Below are positions 50,939 to 64,000 of a stretch of 64,000 nt of DNA, one piece after another. Position 1 is the first letter of the stretch; each line of letters begins with the position of its first letter. This stretch comes from Catajapyx aquilonaris (Eukaryota), in the NCBI GenBank assembly GCA_000934665.2, contig JYFJ02001476.1, positions 1 to 64,000 on the forward strand, written 5' to 3'. The translations under genes and the position numbers were made by a program. Below the pieces are notes generated by a model. It saw only the letters and a list, made by a program, of their open reading frames with translations. It ran no database searches and was not told the origin of the DNA.

Positions 50939-53874
50939 AGCAGTTCTCGTGACTCACCATCTATGTTGCAGCATGCAGGACTTTTCTAACATATTCTGTC
51001 AAAAGGGTGTATCAGATGTAGAGGTGTCTCATGCAGCCCAGGGTAGTCCTTCCTACAGTTATGGTCATCAAACACAGACAGATGATGGGTGGAGCTTCTG
51101 CAGGTTTGAACTCACTCTATAACCGGGAGAGCAAAAGACGAGATGAAAAATAATCAATTGAATGGCACACAAGTCACTCAGCCTACAACTTACACCTTCA
51201 AGTATGTTCTCTGAAGATGCCTTTTTCTATTTCTTACAGTTGGCTGATTAAAAATATTTAAGAAGATCTCTCTTTTTCATTCAGAAGAAAATGTAGCACC
51301 TCAACACCAATAATTTAAAAATGAAACAAACACTGAAATATGTGCAAAATGGAGTGACTGCCAATATTCCCTCCAATATGCAAATTCTGTGCTAAACAGG
51401 CCTCCAATAAATATGACGAACACACTGAAAATAATACTGGGCCATGGCAACATAAAAGTTCTGCAATCTGCCAGTTTCTGCTGCATCCATGGTTCTTTAG
51501 TGCCAGGTCTCTTAAACTTCATGAAACTGTTGACCAAATGTGGAAGTTTTCAGGGACAGGAAAAAGGCATAGTCACAGTGTAAGAGTTGCCCATGCACTT
51601 ATTACGCCTTTATTTATTAGTAGAGCGTGACGTGACATATGGGAGCTGAGCAAACAAGAAGAGCGTATGGAAATGGCTTCAATAAATTATTTAAGGCCCT
51701 TGGACACTCAACTCCACTCAACTTTGCACCCCACATCTGGTCTATTCACGTTTCTTTAAAAATCATACAAATTGAGAACATCAACACCTGCCAAGAAGGG
51801 GACAACCACCCCGACTGGCCACCTCTCTCCCTTCCAGCCTGTCATAAAATATTATGCGTCCTTCACAGTCTTCTTAGCCAGATCTCCCCTTCACCTTTCA
51901 GTCCCTCCTCCCTTACACGGCACACACGAGTCCCACTGAGCATGTGAACGTACACATGCAATCTCCACACACAGCACCACTGCACTTCCAACTAGTATCC
52001 ATAATAATAATAATAATAATGATAATAATAATTACAGCTGGCCCCTCAATCCCCCCACCCCAAACCCCTCAAACAGCCCAAATGTAGTAAAGAAACAAGA
52101 TTGGACAATAACAGTGATTACAAAACATGAGATGAAATACGACTGATCGTTGTGATCACTCAGAACTACATTTTCCCGTCATTTGTCCTGGTCTTGCTTT
52201 GTTCCTTTTATTTTTGGTTGGCATTGTTGGAAAATTAAAATCACACAGCAGCGGCAGCACAAAAGAGAGAGCTGTGCACATTTAAAACTTATTGCGGTAG
52301 CTGCCCCTGCCCACTTTGGATTGTTGTGCTCAAAACTACCATTCAACTTCTCGCTAGTTTCTTTGGTATTGCTTCTTCAGACCTAAAGTATTTCCCCCCC
52401 CTGGTGCCCTACCCACACCCATAAAATCCCTCCCCTCCCACCCCCACCCCCTTAGAGAGAGACCACAAATGAGAATCATAATTTTCTCTTGGCAGCAACA
52501 GCAGCAAACTCAGTTGGGCGGTGTTACAACCTGACTGCGTATTTCAGCTAGCATCTTTTTCACACTAACCTGCTTGTTATTAAGCACTTAATCTTGAACA
52601 GCTTACTCCAGGTCAAAAAAATTAGCTACTATTATCAGACTGAATGGAAGCATCCCTCAGGCTCCAAATTGCAACGAATTTCCAACCTTGAGACATTAGC
52701 TGTAGCCCACTTGGAATCCATTGGCACATAAGGTCAAGGGTCAAACACCAAAGGACACAAACCATTAAATATAACAGCAGCTAACATTTTAAATAAACTC
52801 CACGAAAATTGCATACTAAGCAGCTTAGTGTTTGAAACTGCAACCAACAGTCAGTTTGTAACATTCTGCATGTAGCTAGCAAGATGACACAAGAATAATA
52901 TCTTGGTGCAAGTCTTGCTTCGCAAGTCCTTAATAGTAAAATTAGTTGTGTTTTGGTGGGGACGAGTCAAAGCTAGGAAAGAATGACTCTGCTGCAGTTA
53001 CCGCCATGAGAATCTTAGCCTAGGGATGATTGAGAAAAGAGTCCTACGAGGTACCTACATTTCTAGCAGTCCTACATGTACACTGCCAGGACTGTTACTC
53101 AAGAAATAACTGGGTATACTGCACAAGTAGAACAGGGTTAGTTTTTAAGTGTCATCATAATTATTTGCATCTATCTCACAAGATTGCACACAGTCTTTGC
53201 TCGGCTTGCATGTCCTACTACTGTACCTTATATTCGTTATGCAGCTGCCCTTCTATAACTGCAGGCATGGTCATGGCAAATACTCAGTAAATATATATTC
53301 ATGGTAACAATAATAACTGTAATTATATAATAGAAACAATAATGGCAATAATACCGTAATTCTGTGGTCCAACAACAAAAGGGTATGTCAAAAGTTCAGC
53401 GGGAGCAGAACTAACCATACCTTTTGCTCAAAGGATCATGGAGCAACAGCAGTCATTCGAGACAGTTCCCATTTAAAATGCACTTGACACTAGTCAGAGA
53501 CAAACAGAAAAACATGGCTAATACGCCCATTGTCTGTTTAGAGGGGGTGAAGGAAGGGAGAGGAGGAGGAGGAGGAGGCAAAGCAGCCATTGATTGCACT
53601 CTCTTTAAAAAAAATAGCTTTGTAAATGCATTCTTTGGGTTGTGTAACTACAGTATAGAAAGCTCAAAAGAAGGTGGTGGCCACACCATTCTGCTGGCAC
53701 CACACAAGACTACAGTCCTAATGTAGCAGCATTGTTACGAAACAGCAGTCACTACATGCAGAGGAGTATAATGGGTGAAAGGCGATTATTGCACTTGAGC
53801 TGCCCTCCTGACCGTTTTGAGTGGGAAACCAATTGCATGACTCCTTGGATTTCTCTCGTCAAAATAGTTTCAAG

Positions 53875-56800
53875 TTAGAGGTCCGAGTCTGTATCAGTGG
53901 TTGTGTTTGTGTTGGAGGAGAGTGGAGCACCAAAGTTCCGAGTGATGGACATGGACAGATGGTGCAAGCTCAGTCGTTCAGCTGAGTCTGATCCGGAGGG
54001 TGGATGTAAAACAAGAGGTGGGCCTTGTGGTGAGAAAGGGCCACCACTTTCTGAAAAAGGGCCTTCTGAACATGTGGCTGCTGCAGTGCTCACATTCTCC
54101 TCCCCACCATGTCCCCCCTCATCCCCTTCCTCCTCCTCATCATCCATCCCCATGTCACCATCATCGTCGTCGTCATCATCATCGTCATCGTCGTCGTCGT
54201 CGTCATCTGTCCTTAAACCTCCTCCTCCACCACCCCCTCCTGCTCCACCATCAGTATCACCAAATGCTTCTGCTTCCATCTCAGAGTCATATGCCAGTGA
54301 TGAGGAACACCCTGCAAGAGCCAGAGAGTCTAAGGAAGCCACCGCATCCGAGTCAAATAATCGTGATGAAGCCCGTGAGGACAGACTAGTGGTGTCGTCT
54401 GCATCACACCCTTTGCTACTAGCCTGTCCTGTGCACCCCCCTGGACCAACTCGGTCCATTGAAGCTGGAGTTGTGTTTGAAGATATAGCAGTAGGAGGTA
54501 CACCCCTCAGGAGCTGGTCTGCCTCCTCAACCACATCTTCCAGCAGGCCTCCTACTAGGCGCCCTCTCCCTTGTTGATGACCTGAGTGGCTGACTCCTTC
54601 TCCCTCTTCTCCAGCTCCACTGCCACACCAACAACCCCCACGAATCACAGGATCATCGGGATCATCACCGTCATTAAAGAGGGAGTTCACGTCACTCAGA
54701 GCTCCTGCAAATAATAGCTCCAATTAATAATTTAATATGTTAACAATGTTGGGTTAATTTGCTCCAACAGATTTTAGCTTTTTAAATTCTACTGCCTGAA
54801 TCAAATTATCATTTTTACACCCAAGCCACCATGCTGAATCCAAAAATACAACTACAAGGGGCGTTAGGAACGTATTTACACTTTTTTTTTTTTTGCCACA
54901 AATACAGGGCCTATGCAGATTGGCAGATAGGCACACATTATTGATAGACCCCTCCTGGCGCCAAATGCACTGGCATCATAGGTATGTCAACCTATCCAGG
55001 CCCTCCAGGAACCAAGTTTTGGAGGTGTGGCACAACCACTCCCAGACAACTGCTTACAGTCAAATATGTCCTCAAAATGGCATCGGCAAAGGGGTTTTTT
55101 CATGGCTCTGAACAGTTGAAAGACACTGGGGGCCACGCCAGGGTATTATGCGGGTGTGGAAGCATCCAAACCCAGATCCATGGAAAATTGATTCCCTTCA
55201 CTGATGCCATTCTGAGGACATTGTTTAAGGTTGTTGACTATGAGCAGTGGGTGTGATGCACCACCAAAAAGTGGTTCCTGGAGGGCCTGGAGAGGTTGGC
55301 ACACCCGTGGTGTCAGTGCATTTGGCTCCAGGATGGTTCTATCGGTAATGCGTGCCCATCCGCCAATCTGCATGGGCCATGTATTTGTGGTGGGGAAATA
55401 AAGAGGAAAGACTTTCCTAATGCCCCTTGTATAATTATTATTACTTATGAACTTACTCTAACCAAATTAATATGGTACTCAACCCACCTTCAGCATCAGT
55501 AAGCCCTGCTTCATTGAGAACTGACACATTCTCAAGTGCAGGGTCATCTGTCATGTAACCAGCTGACTCCCTGTCAGCGGCCAGCAAGGGCTCAGAGGCA
55601 GCCCCTTCACAATCCACATCATCCTCACTCCATTCTGATTGGCTGGTCTCCCCACCTCCTCCTCCGCCCATCATCACTCCTCTGCACATCATCCTGTTGG
55701 TTCTCCTGTTGCTACCGCCACTCCTCCCTCCTCCGTTTCCATCCATCAGTCCCATTGCATGCTTGCGCCTGGCAGATGCAACTGCAGCCTGCCGTGCGTC
55801 TTCCTCCTCCTCTTCCTCTTCATCACCACCTTCCCCATCTTCGGCCTCTTCATCTCCTTCATGCATAGGAGGAGGTGAGTCTGCAGTGCTTTCGCTTCCC
55901 TGCCTTTTCCGCCTACCCCCACCAGCACCTCCACCTCTTCTCTTCCTACCATCCTCGTCCTCTCCATCTTCTTTCACATCTTCCTGCTGCTGCTGTTGAG
56001 CACAGTTCTCGGGTACATATCTGAAAGAACAAAGTAGTTCCGGTCAAAAACAAAGTCGTCTTACCACAAATTACTGCAGGTTGGGTAAGCCTGGGTTTGC
56101 TTAAAGTACATGCAAAGCTTTGTTAGTATAAATGAGTTAGAGTGTCTGAAACAGAACTACCACTTATTGTGCAAAGCGAGACAAAATGGAACATTACTTG
56201 TTATCATTCTCACTCTTAGTTGCATGTTAGTGAAAATGGATGTGTTCAATGAGGTACAATATCCTTTAGGTGGAACGCATTCTATTCAAGAGTAGAAAAC
56301 TATGACTTCCCTGCTAAAAACAATAACATTAGGTTGTGTCGGGAACACAAGCCGCAGATTTTGACGTGAATACGTCTTTAAAATCGGATCAGTATTGGGG
56401 GGAGTGAACTGATTGCTTATTATCAGTATTGAAGTCTGGACACATGCATGGTGACCCTCCTAACAATTTCCCTGCATGTGTGGCAGGGCCCCCTGGCAGG
56501 GTCCTGACTATAACACTCACACGCCACTTAGGATATAGTAGACTCGGATATAATAGCCTGTAACGCTCGAGTTTGCCTCCATACCCCCCTATGCGGATCC
56601 GAATTTAGCGACTCCGGATATAGCAGACTTGGCTATAATAGACTGTAACGCTTTTCTGTAATGCTCGAGTTTGCCTCCATGCCCCCCTATGCGGATCCGA
56701 ATTTAGCCATGCCATGGGGCACACGGCTGGGGCCCTGACTGTAACGCTTTTCTGTAACGCTCGAGTTTGCCTGCATGACCCCCCTCTATACGGACCCAAC

Positions 56801-59800
56801 TTTAAAGACGTATTCACGTCAAAACCCGACTACGTCCCATCTTTGAGCTCATCCAACAAGTAGTGATCATGAGACTACGGTAATCTACCTTCTCACAGAG
56901 CCAGTGAGCTGAAGCCCCCACACTACTAGTAACACTACCCAAGGCAACCTGTAAAGTACAACAGCTTGGCATTTGCATTGTGCAGGTGAAATTTAACTAA
57001 TTACTTCTAAAGTTACAATGGCAACCCCATCAGAAGAATTAGCTTACACTTACAAGTTAGCTTCTCCAAATGCACAATGATCGCCTGACTATTCAAATAA
57101 ACTGTACCTCTTTTGAAAATTAACCTGAATGAGCAAGATTTTTTCACTCCTCATCATATACAGTATTACTCCTCAAATAAAGACTTGCATCGTTACTCAA
57201 ATCAGTTCAACACCTCATTAAAAAACCGTTACTGTATAATATTGCGGCGGGAGTCCCACATCCCTGAGCTACTCTCCAACATCAGATTATCTCTGAAGGA
57301 CTTGTTGAAATGTTCCTAAATAATACAGAAGGAAGCAGAAGAAGAGAGACAGTGGTTAGTAGTGCAAACACTGATTAGAGGGAGAAACAGCCCTGGACAT
57401 ATCATCAGTGGAGGAGCCAAGACAAGGTCACAAATGTGTTAATAAGTCCAACCCATACGTGCCCCAACGTCACCAGAAGCGTAGGTTGCAGGAGTCAAGA
57501 GGGAGGATGTGTGAAGGTGGCAGTGAGACATACCTTCTGGTGTTGTTCAGGTGTAGTAGAAGGGGATGGAGGGAAGTGGCAGTAGTAGGGGGTGAGGTTG
57601 GAGAGGACAAGGCCAAAGATCCCTGCTGCAGACGCAGGTATGGCATTTGACCCCCAAGTTGGCCTATGTACTTGTTGTAGCCTGCACCCACTGGTTGCTG
57701 CTGCTGCGGTATCCGTCCCAAAGGCCTGTAAGAAGGTATCCTGGACGAAGGGGGGTTGCTGGACGCTGGAGACAACACGGCGGAAAGGCCCACCCCTGGC
57801 CGACCCAATTGGCGATTCTCCTTGGTTGCCCCTAGAGGCCCCCCCTTGTTGAGCAGCCCCAACTGCAGTCCAGCCACATACCTTTGCACCACTTCTGCTG
57901 GACTCCTCCCCCCACCTCCTCCCCCTGAAGAAGCACCCTGGGGAGAGGTAGAAGCAGCTGCAGTTGTTGGAGTGACAACTGGTGTAGTGCCAGGTGTTGC
58001 TCTAGGTGTTGCCCCTGGTGTTGCCCCTGGTGTAGCTCCAGGTGTGAGGACTGGGGTAAGCGCAGCTGATTCCTCCTCCGCATGTGGTGGTTCGGTCTGA
58101 CTGGAACTATCCCGTTTGCCAATGGATGACAGCATGGCAGCTCCAAGCCTAGGAGCAGCCCTGACATTGCTGCTGGCCCCTCGGTTGTTGTTGTTGTTAT
58201 TGTTGCTGTTGCTATTGTTGGGTGCACTGACCAGTTCAAATGATGTGCACGATTCCCCTCCTGCCACACTCTCAGCCCAATCACCTGCACCCTCTCGGGA
58301 GGAGGACAACATGGATCCCTTCCCCGTAGAAGCAGCTCCTCTTCCTCTTCCATCTCCATCTTCCTCCTCTTCTTCTCTATATCCCCGCTGCATAGACAAT
58401 GCAAGAATTTTATTGAAAGTCATAACAACACTGCCCACATTTACAATACTTGAGGAGGGAAAGGGAGGAGAAATCATAAGGGGTAATTTCAGAGGTGACC
58501 CTAACAACATTAACCGTAATTGTGTTGTAGTTTGTTCCAACATGTGACGTCAGTCAGTGATGGCAGAACTTACATTTAAATTGCACTACATGAGCAGTTG
58601 AACATACAGGAAGTGCACAGCTGCAAATCTCACATGCATTTACAGTATGTGTTGTGCAAATCTGACTGGTTTGTCTGTAATATCAGCAAAACTATCTGTA
58701 TTTTAAAGGAGGCCTTCCATGATTTTAAAAATTATTGTGACCAGGGGTCAAGGCATAAAATCAGGAAGGAAGCCAGGGGATAACTGCAGAGGAGTGAAAT
58801 AATTTCACCTTCCATTGACTCTTGCTTTTAAAATAGGATTTGGCTTTAACATTTACTCCCACCAAGTTGTGCCAGTATAATCAATGATGAGGCAAAACCG
58901 GTCAAATCAATGCGACGAGATTGTACTTACAAATAGTTCTTTGTTGTCATGGTGCATGGGTTGGTTCCTCCTCTGCTGATGTGGATGGTGAGCAGAGGAT
59001 GGGGAAGAGGAAGAAGAGTGTAGCCACCTAAGTGAAGGCAGGGTAAGGGTTGGTGGAGAGTGGGAATGTGGGTTGGAAGAATGCTGGTGCCCTGAATGTG
59101 AATGTGCATGGGTGTGTGTCGGAGAGTGTGGAGGAGAGTGTGATGGTGAAGCATCATCTGTCCGAGAGAAACTCTCATCTGAAGAGGACGCTGTAGATGA
59201 GGAGGAGGAGGATGATGATGATGGGGATGAGGAGGAGGTGTGGGAATGGGAGGATGGAGAGAAGGAGGGAGAGAAAGAGGGTGAGTGGTTAAGAGATGAC
59301 AGCTCTTCAAGAGATACTGGGGGACCACCAGGATGGTGTGAATGATGCTGGTGGTGATGGTGGTGATGGGAGTGTGGATGGTGGTGATGATGGTGATGTG
59401 AATGAGGATGGTGGTGGGAAGGTGGGTGGGAAGGTGGGTGGGAAGGTGGATGGGAAGGTGGATGGGAAGGTGGATGGGAAGGTGGATGGGAAGGTTGATG
59501 AGATGATGGGTGAGAGGGTGGGTGAGAAGATGTATGAGAAGGTGCATGGGAAGATGAGTTAGATGGTTGGCGTGATGGGGCTGCAGCTGATTTGGATTGG
59601 TGAGAATGGTGCGAGTGGGAATTGGATGTTCGAGGACACTGAGAAGACGCAGTACGTGACTGCTGATCCCCATTTCCTGCAGTAGCATTGCTGTTGTGTG
59701 TGCTTCCTCCTCTACTGTGCCTCTCCCAAGATGGTACCTTTGGCAAATGGTGGTTATGGTGGTGGTGATGGTGCGGGACAGGAGGCTGATTCACGTGCGA

Positions 59801-62800
59801 GTGTGGTGACTGATGTGAGTAGCGACCTCCTGAAGCATTATTGGTGGGCTCTGGAGGCAATGGTTTGTCTGGAGGAGGTGGAACTGAACACTGTGACACA
59901 TATGAAGGGGGATGGTGAGGAGGAGGAGAAGGCGGGGGAGGTGGAAGAGCCGCACATCCTACATTGGTGCAAGATGACACCATGCATGCTGCACCACCAC
60001 TCATGATGCTCATTTTATGGTTACCTCCACTGGGTGTGGTTGCAATTGTGGTTGTAGTTGTAGTGGTGGTTGGAGTGGAAGTTGATGTAGGTGTAGTGGA
60101 TGTCGGGGTGGTGGTGGGAGGACCAACCAGTCTGGGAGGAGCTGCCCAGTCATATGGAGGTGGAGGGGGCCGTGTGGTGGCTGCTATGTATGTAGGAGGA
60201 GCTGCTGCTGCAGGAGGACAGCCATTACTGGCACATCCATTGCCATTGTTGGGAAGGTGTGGTGGTGGACGAGGAGGAGGGGCTGGTTGGCACCTGGGGA
60301 GTGGGGGAGGGGGAAGAAGGGGCTCTGCTTCAGCAATGGGTTCTACTTCTGCTAATGGAGACAGAGGAGGTGGTGGGGGCGGGGGTGGTAGAGGACCAGC
60401 TGGTGCTGATGAGCCTGTCATGCGACCTCCTCCAGCTGCAGCGGCAGGAGCCCCTGCCCCTCCTCCTCCCCCTCCGCCTAGAAGGGTGGGCGGGCGTGGA
60501 GGTCCATTTCCATTACTGCCAGTGTTCAGCTGATGTACCAAGGCCAATGGAGTAGCAACACCACCATACATCATCCCACATCCTGCACAATAATTAATCA
60601 TTACTGCAATACCAATACACACCAACAGATCTATCTTAGCTGCTGGAAGTCCCCTTTAGCCTATTATCCTAATCATATCCTAAGTGAACAGCAATGCAAT
60701 CATCCGAAGTGCCATTTTGCATTCTTATTTTTACCTGCTCCAAGTGGTACATACATCCACACTTTTATACACTGATCTTTTCCCACAAAATGCTGCATAT
60801 CCACTCCTATACTGCCATTCAATGGGAAAGACTGTCTCTCTCATCTGATACAAATATTCATGTAATTACAAGTACCTCTAAGATTATAATGACTATTCAT
60901 GTGAAAACTATAAAAACCAAACAAGGCCAAGTCAGCAGTAATGAAGCGTCTCCAATTGCAGAATATGAAGAGTGGAAAAAATCGCAAGGCCACACCACCT
61001 CAACACACAAACTTGAAACTGCAACTAATTTTCCACCAGTCATATTTCTCAAAATTTGGGGAGCACATCCTACTGCTGCAGTGTGCTACTCAGCAACATT
61101 GTGTTGAATACCTTTCAATCAGACAAATCTTCACACCATGCATTTTGAGTGTGACGTGATGAATATATTATTTCTCTGTCCACCTGATATGAAAATACTA
61201 ACTATACTACTGTAATTCCACTACAGGAAAACCTCGTTAATTCGTTACAGCCATTAGCACTTGTAACTGCTACAAAGCTATTTTGAATAACTACTGCACT
61301 ACGCATCAGCTGGGCAGGAACCATTTGGCCTTTTCAAATCAGGCAAATATCCCCATGAGCAGCAAAAGTGCCAACTGCCCAAGCACCACAAGTTTTCATA
61401 ACACTACTGTGTAGGTCGCATACCCCGCCATCTCCCATAATGCCAGCTTCCATCAGCTGGGCTGGAATACCATACCCCCTTGGCTCTCCAAAACAACAGC
61501 TGAAATTCCATTTGCATGGTAAGTCAAAATGGCTTGCCCACTAGTTACAATTGTGCTTATTTCAGGTGAAGAAAAAACAGTGCACAGAAGTACTGCAGGA
61601 CCATCAATTTCAGGCTGGCAAATGGTACACATATAATGCATCAACGTTATGCCTTCCAAGGAGAGCATATTCTAGACTTGAGAGAGAGAAGAAAAAACAT
61701 GCAGAACATATTGGCATGGGGGTAGCAACAATGTTGACAGGGCTTTCTGGGCATACAAGGTGTTAGAAAGAGGTTCAACATGATTATCACTGACAAATGA
61801 GTTGAACCCAATCATGAAATCACTTGATTCATCCTGCAGTCATATAAGGTAAAAATATAAATAGCATGTACATGTAGTAATTTCCAGACCTTCAATATTT
61901 CCATTTCTTCGATTAGCCAAATTAACAAGGTTCTCCTGTACTTAACTGGTATGTGTGAATACTCTCTGTAACAAATGAATGGTCATAAGTCAAACCCATT
62001 GCTTATTTTACCTGGCAGGTGCTTTGGTTGGGGTGCACTGGTGTCCTCCTCCCTTCCTCTTGTCCCTGGTTGCCTCCGGTCAGTGAGGAAGTAGGTGGTC
62101 ATGTCTCCCTTCCCCTTCACCCTCACCTTCCCTCTGCATTGGAACTCGTATGGAAAGTTCTTCAGAAGGTGATATACATCCTCAGTCGTTTGTGTATGGT
62201 TGGGAAGTCCTGTGGAGTCCATCCTGGATGCCACATTGACTGTATTACCCCAGATGTCATACTGTGGCTTCCTAGCTCCAATTACACCTGCGACAACAGG
62301 ACCTGCACTCATCCCCACTCGAAGCATGAAGTTGTTATAGGAATTCTCATTGATGCTCAGCAATCGCTCCCGCATTGCAAACACAAACTCAACCAGGGTG
62401 CTAAGCTGTGCCCCTGCAGCAGCTTCATCATCCTCACTCAAACGAAGCTCTGGGCTGAGGCCAACAGCAGCCATGTATGTGGAGCCAACGGTCTTGATCT
62501 TGTCAACTGCACGAAACCGTTCTTCCCCCAGCAGCTCATCGAAATCAGCAATAATTTCATTTAAAAGTCGCAGACATTCCACACCTTGGTTGTTCCCATC
62601 TAATTCGGTATAAAACTCATGGAAGTTGGTGATGGATGCAAACAGCACACCCACACGGTGATAGCTCTGATGGTAGAGGTCCATATTGTTGCGAAACTGG
62701 TTGTCCAGAAAGTGTGTGGCAACATGTGCAGGAAGCAAATTGAACAAGATCCGCTTGTTGCTGTGCTGCAATGCATCCATCTCCTTCTTCTCCTCATTCG

Positions 62801-64000
62801 CTTGCAGCTGCCACAAAAAGTCAAGTCTTGCAGTCCACTCCACCTGACGGGCATGAATTAGAACAGCCAGCAGGAACATCAACACCTGGAGGCTGCCCTC
62901 AAGTCGAAGTGGAAGTGACTGCTCAGACCGAAGATCAAAGCAGTCAAACAGTGCCGAATGGCTCAGATGGACCAGCAGTAGGTACATGGCACCAGTGAGT
63001 AGCAGGAGAGCAGCCTTCAGCGCCAGTGGGAGGCGCAGAAAGACAGCAACTGCCAGGCACCCAGCTGTACCAGAAAGGAGTACGTAATGGGGCAGGGGGC
63101 AGCCACGGTGGTCAGCTCCTCCCCATCCTGAAGGTGGGGTGGAAGGGGAAGGATGAGATGAAGGTGAGGAGTCAACAGGGACTGACACAGCAAAGGACAC
63201 TGCAGGTGCAGCACCGTTGGGCATAGACGTCATGTTGACCTTGCCCAGGCAGGGTTCTTCAGTGCGGCAAGTGAACTGAAACAAAAGAATAAGAATGATA
63301 TACAACTAATGATCTATTAGAAACATTCAGCTAACAATTCATCAGGCATGTCATCCTTGTTAGGTCAAACTTCTATAAACCACTTTGCACCAACACAAAC
63401 TAGTGTTTACTCAGCCAATCGTATTTCAATGACAGTGACATTGCCTATTTTATATTTTTCTGATCACACATATCAACCAATTACAGATGCTTCTGAGAGG
63501 AACTGTCATGTACCAAATCATGCTTATAAAAACAATCTTACTCCTCCCCGTATGTGATCACATCTACTCACCACATTGACTTGTGCCACAGCATAGACCA
63601 AGATGAGTGTGAAAGCTGTGACTGCAATCCTTAGCGGAAAGGACGCTGACAAATCCCATGCCAGCCACCTAAGCCTGGCAGCCAGCAGCAACATGAGAAG
63701 AACAGCCACCCATACAAATGCTGTCAGGAAGAGCAACAGCAGGATAAGGGTACGAGGCAGTACCGCTAACTGGACGCCCCCAACCAGTGATAGCACAAGA
63801 AGGCAGCATGCCAGTGAAGCACCCAAACCAGGATCAGCCTCTTCCTGGTACTGTCTCTCCTTCTGGCCATCCCGAAAGCACAGGCTGACCAAGTTGACGT
63901 GAGTCTCCTTCTCTCGGTCCACAGAGCGGGCTTCAATAGCTTGTGCCAGGAACTTGTTGACACGGTTTGATGGTTGGTGGGGATGATAGGTGCTGGAGTG
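53875..64000 (-). CDS. rut: Ca2+/calmodulin-responsive adenylyl cyclase (rutabaga-like), 5'-partial; exons >64000-63572, 63275-62012, 60582-58931, 58387-57534, 56020-55488, 54704-53875
   Basis: M2 transmembrane cluster and C2 catalytic domain (ECLRLLNEIIADFD, KIKTVGSTYMAA, GVIGARKPQYDIWGNTVNVASRMDSTG). Rutabaga-type tail motifs MYGGVATPLA, GYMTDDPALEN..LTDAEGALSDVNS, SLSSRASSRLFDSD. All junctions GT-AG and phase-consistent. Confidence 0.93.
54855..55429. mobile_element. Tc1/mariner-type non-autonomous element in the last rut intron
   Basis: Degenerate ~95-bp TIRs (CAAGGGGCGTTAGGAA...CCACAAATACAGGGCCTATGCAGATTGGC vs reverse complement at ~55338-55429) flanked by TA on both sides. Confidence 0.75.
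56359..56824. mobile_element. Non-autonomous TIR element with internal tandem repeats in a rut intron
   Basis: TTTTGACGTGAATACGTCTTTAAA at 56359 and its reverse complement ending at 56824; three internal copies of TGTAA[C/T]GCTCGAGTTTGCCT..CAT.CCCCC.TAT.CGGA.CC. Confidence 0.75.
59411..59495 (-). repeat. 12-bp coding minisatellite encoding (HPPS)n in the rut C-terminal tail
   Basis: GGTGG[G/A]TGGGAA units in tandem; the translation reads SHPPSHPPSHPPSHPPSHPPSH. Confidence 0.9.

Noticed and set aside
56559..56800. Repeat-spacer-like pattern suggesting a CRISPR array
   Set aside because: Eukaryotic intron, degenerate repeats with irregular spacing, inside a TIR element, no cas genes.

Overview
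Eukaryotic, intron-containing genomic DNA, most likely from an insect (inferred from rutabaga-, PPM1G- and GAS41-type proteins and tRNA-derived SINEs; the species cannot be fixed from sequence alone). The right half (37.3-64 kb) is gene-dense: PPM1G/PP2C-gamma (+), YEATS4/GAS41 (+), a BTB + AT-hook + 16x C2H2 zinc-finger gene (-) and the 3' part of a rutabaga-like adenylyl cyclase (-). The left half holds an orphan class A GPCR (-, 8.0-12.7 kb), an ABCA-like N-terminal ORF (3.1-3.5 kb), probable decayed ABCA fragments (about 19.6-32.4 kb) and many mobile elements. The most notable element is a ~4.5 kb long-TIR P-superfamily (Galileo-like) transposon at 32478-36963. Its catalytic core is deleted, but it keeps an open spliced THAP-domain ORF with an in-frame 444-bp tandem duplication. 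It has a cognate MITE at 22287-22606 and lies 7 bp into the intron after an apparently orphaned first exon beside the PPM1G promoter. Other elements include a P-like non-autonomous element nested in a SINE tail, a Helitron 3' end, SINEs sharing a 3' tail and several hairpin MITEs. Exon boundaries were read by eye from GT/AG sites and frame continuity.
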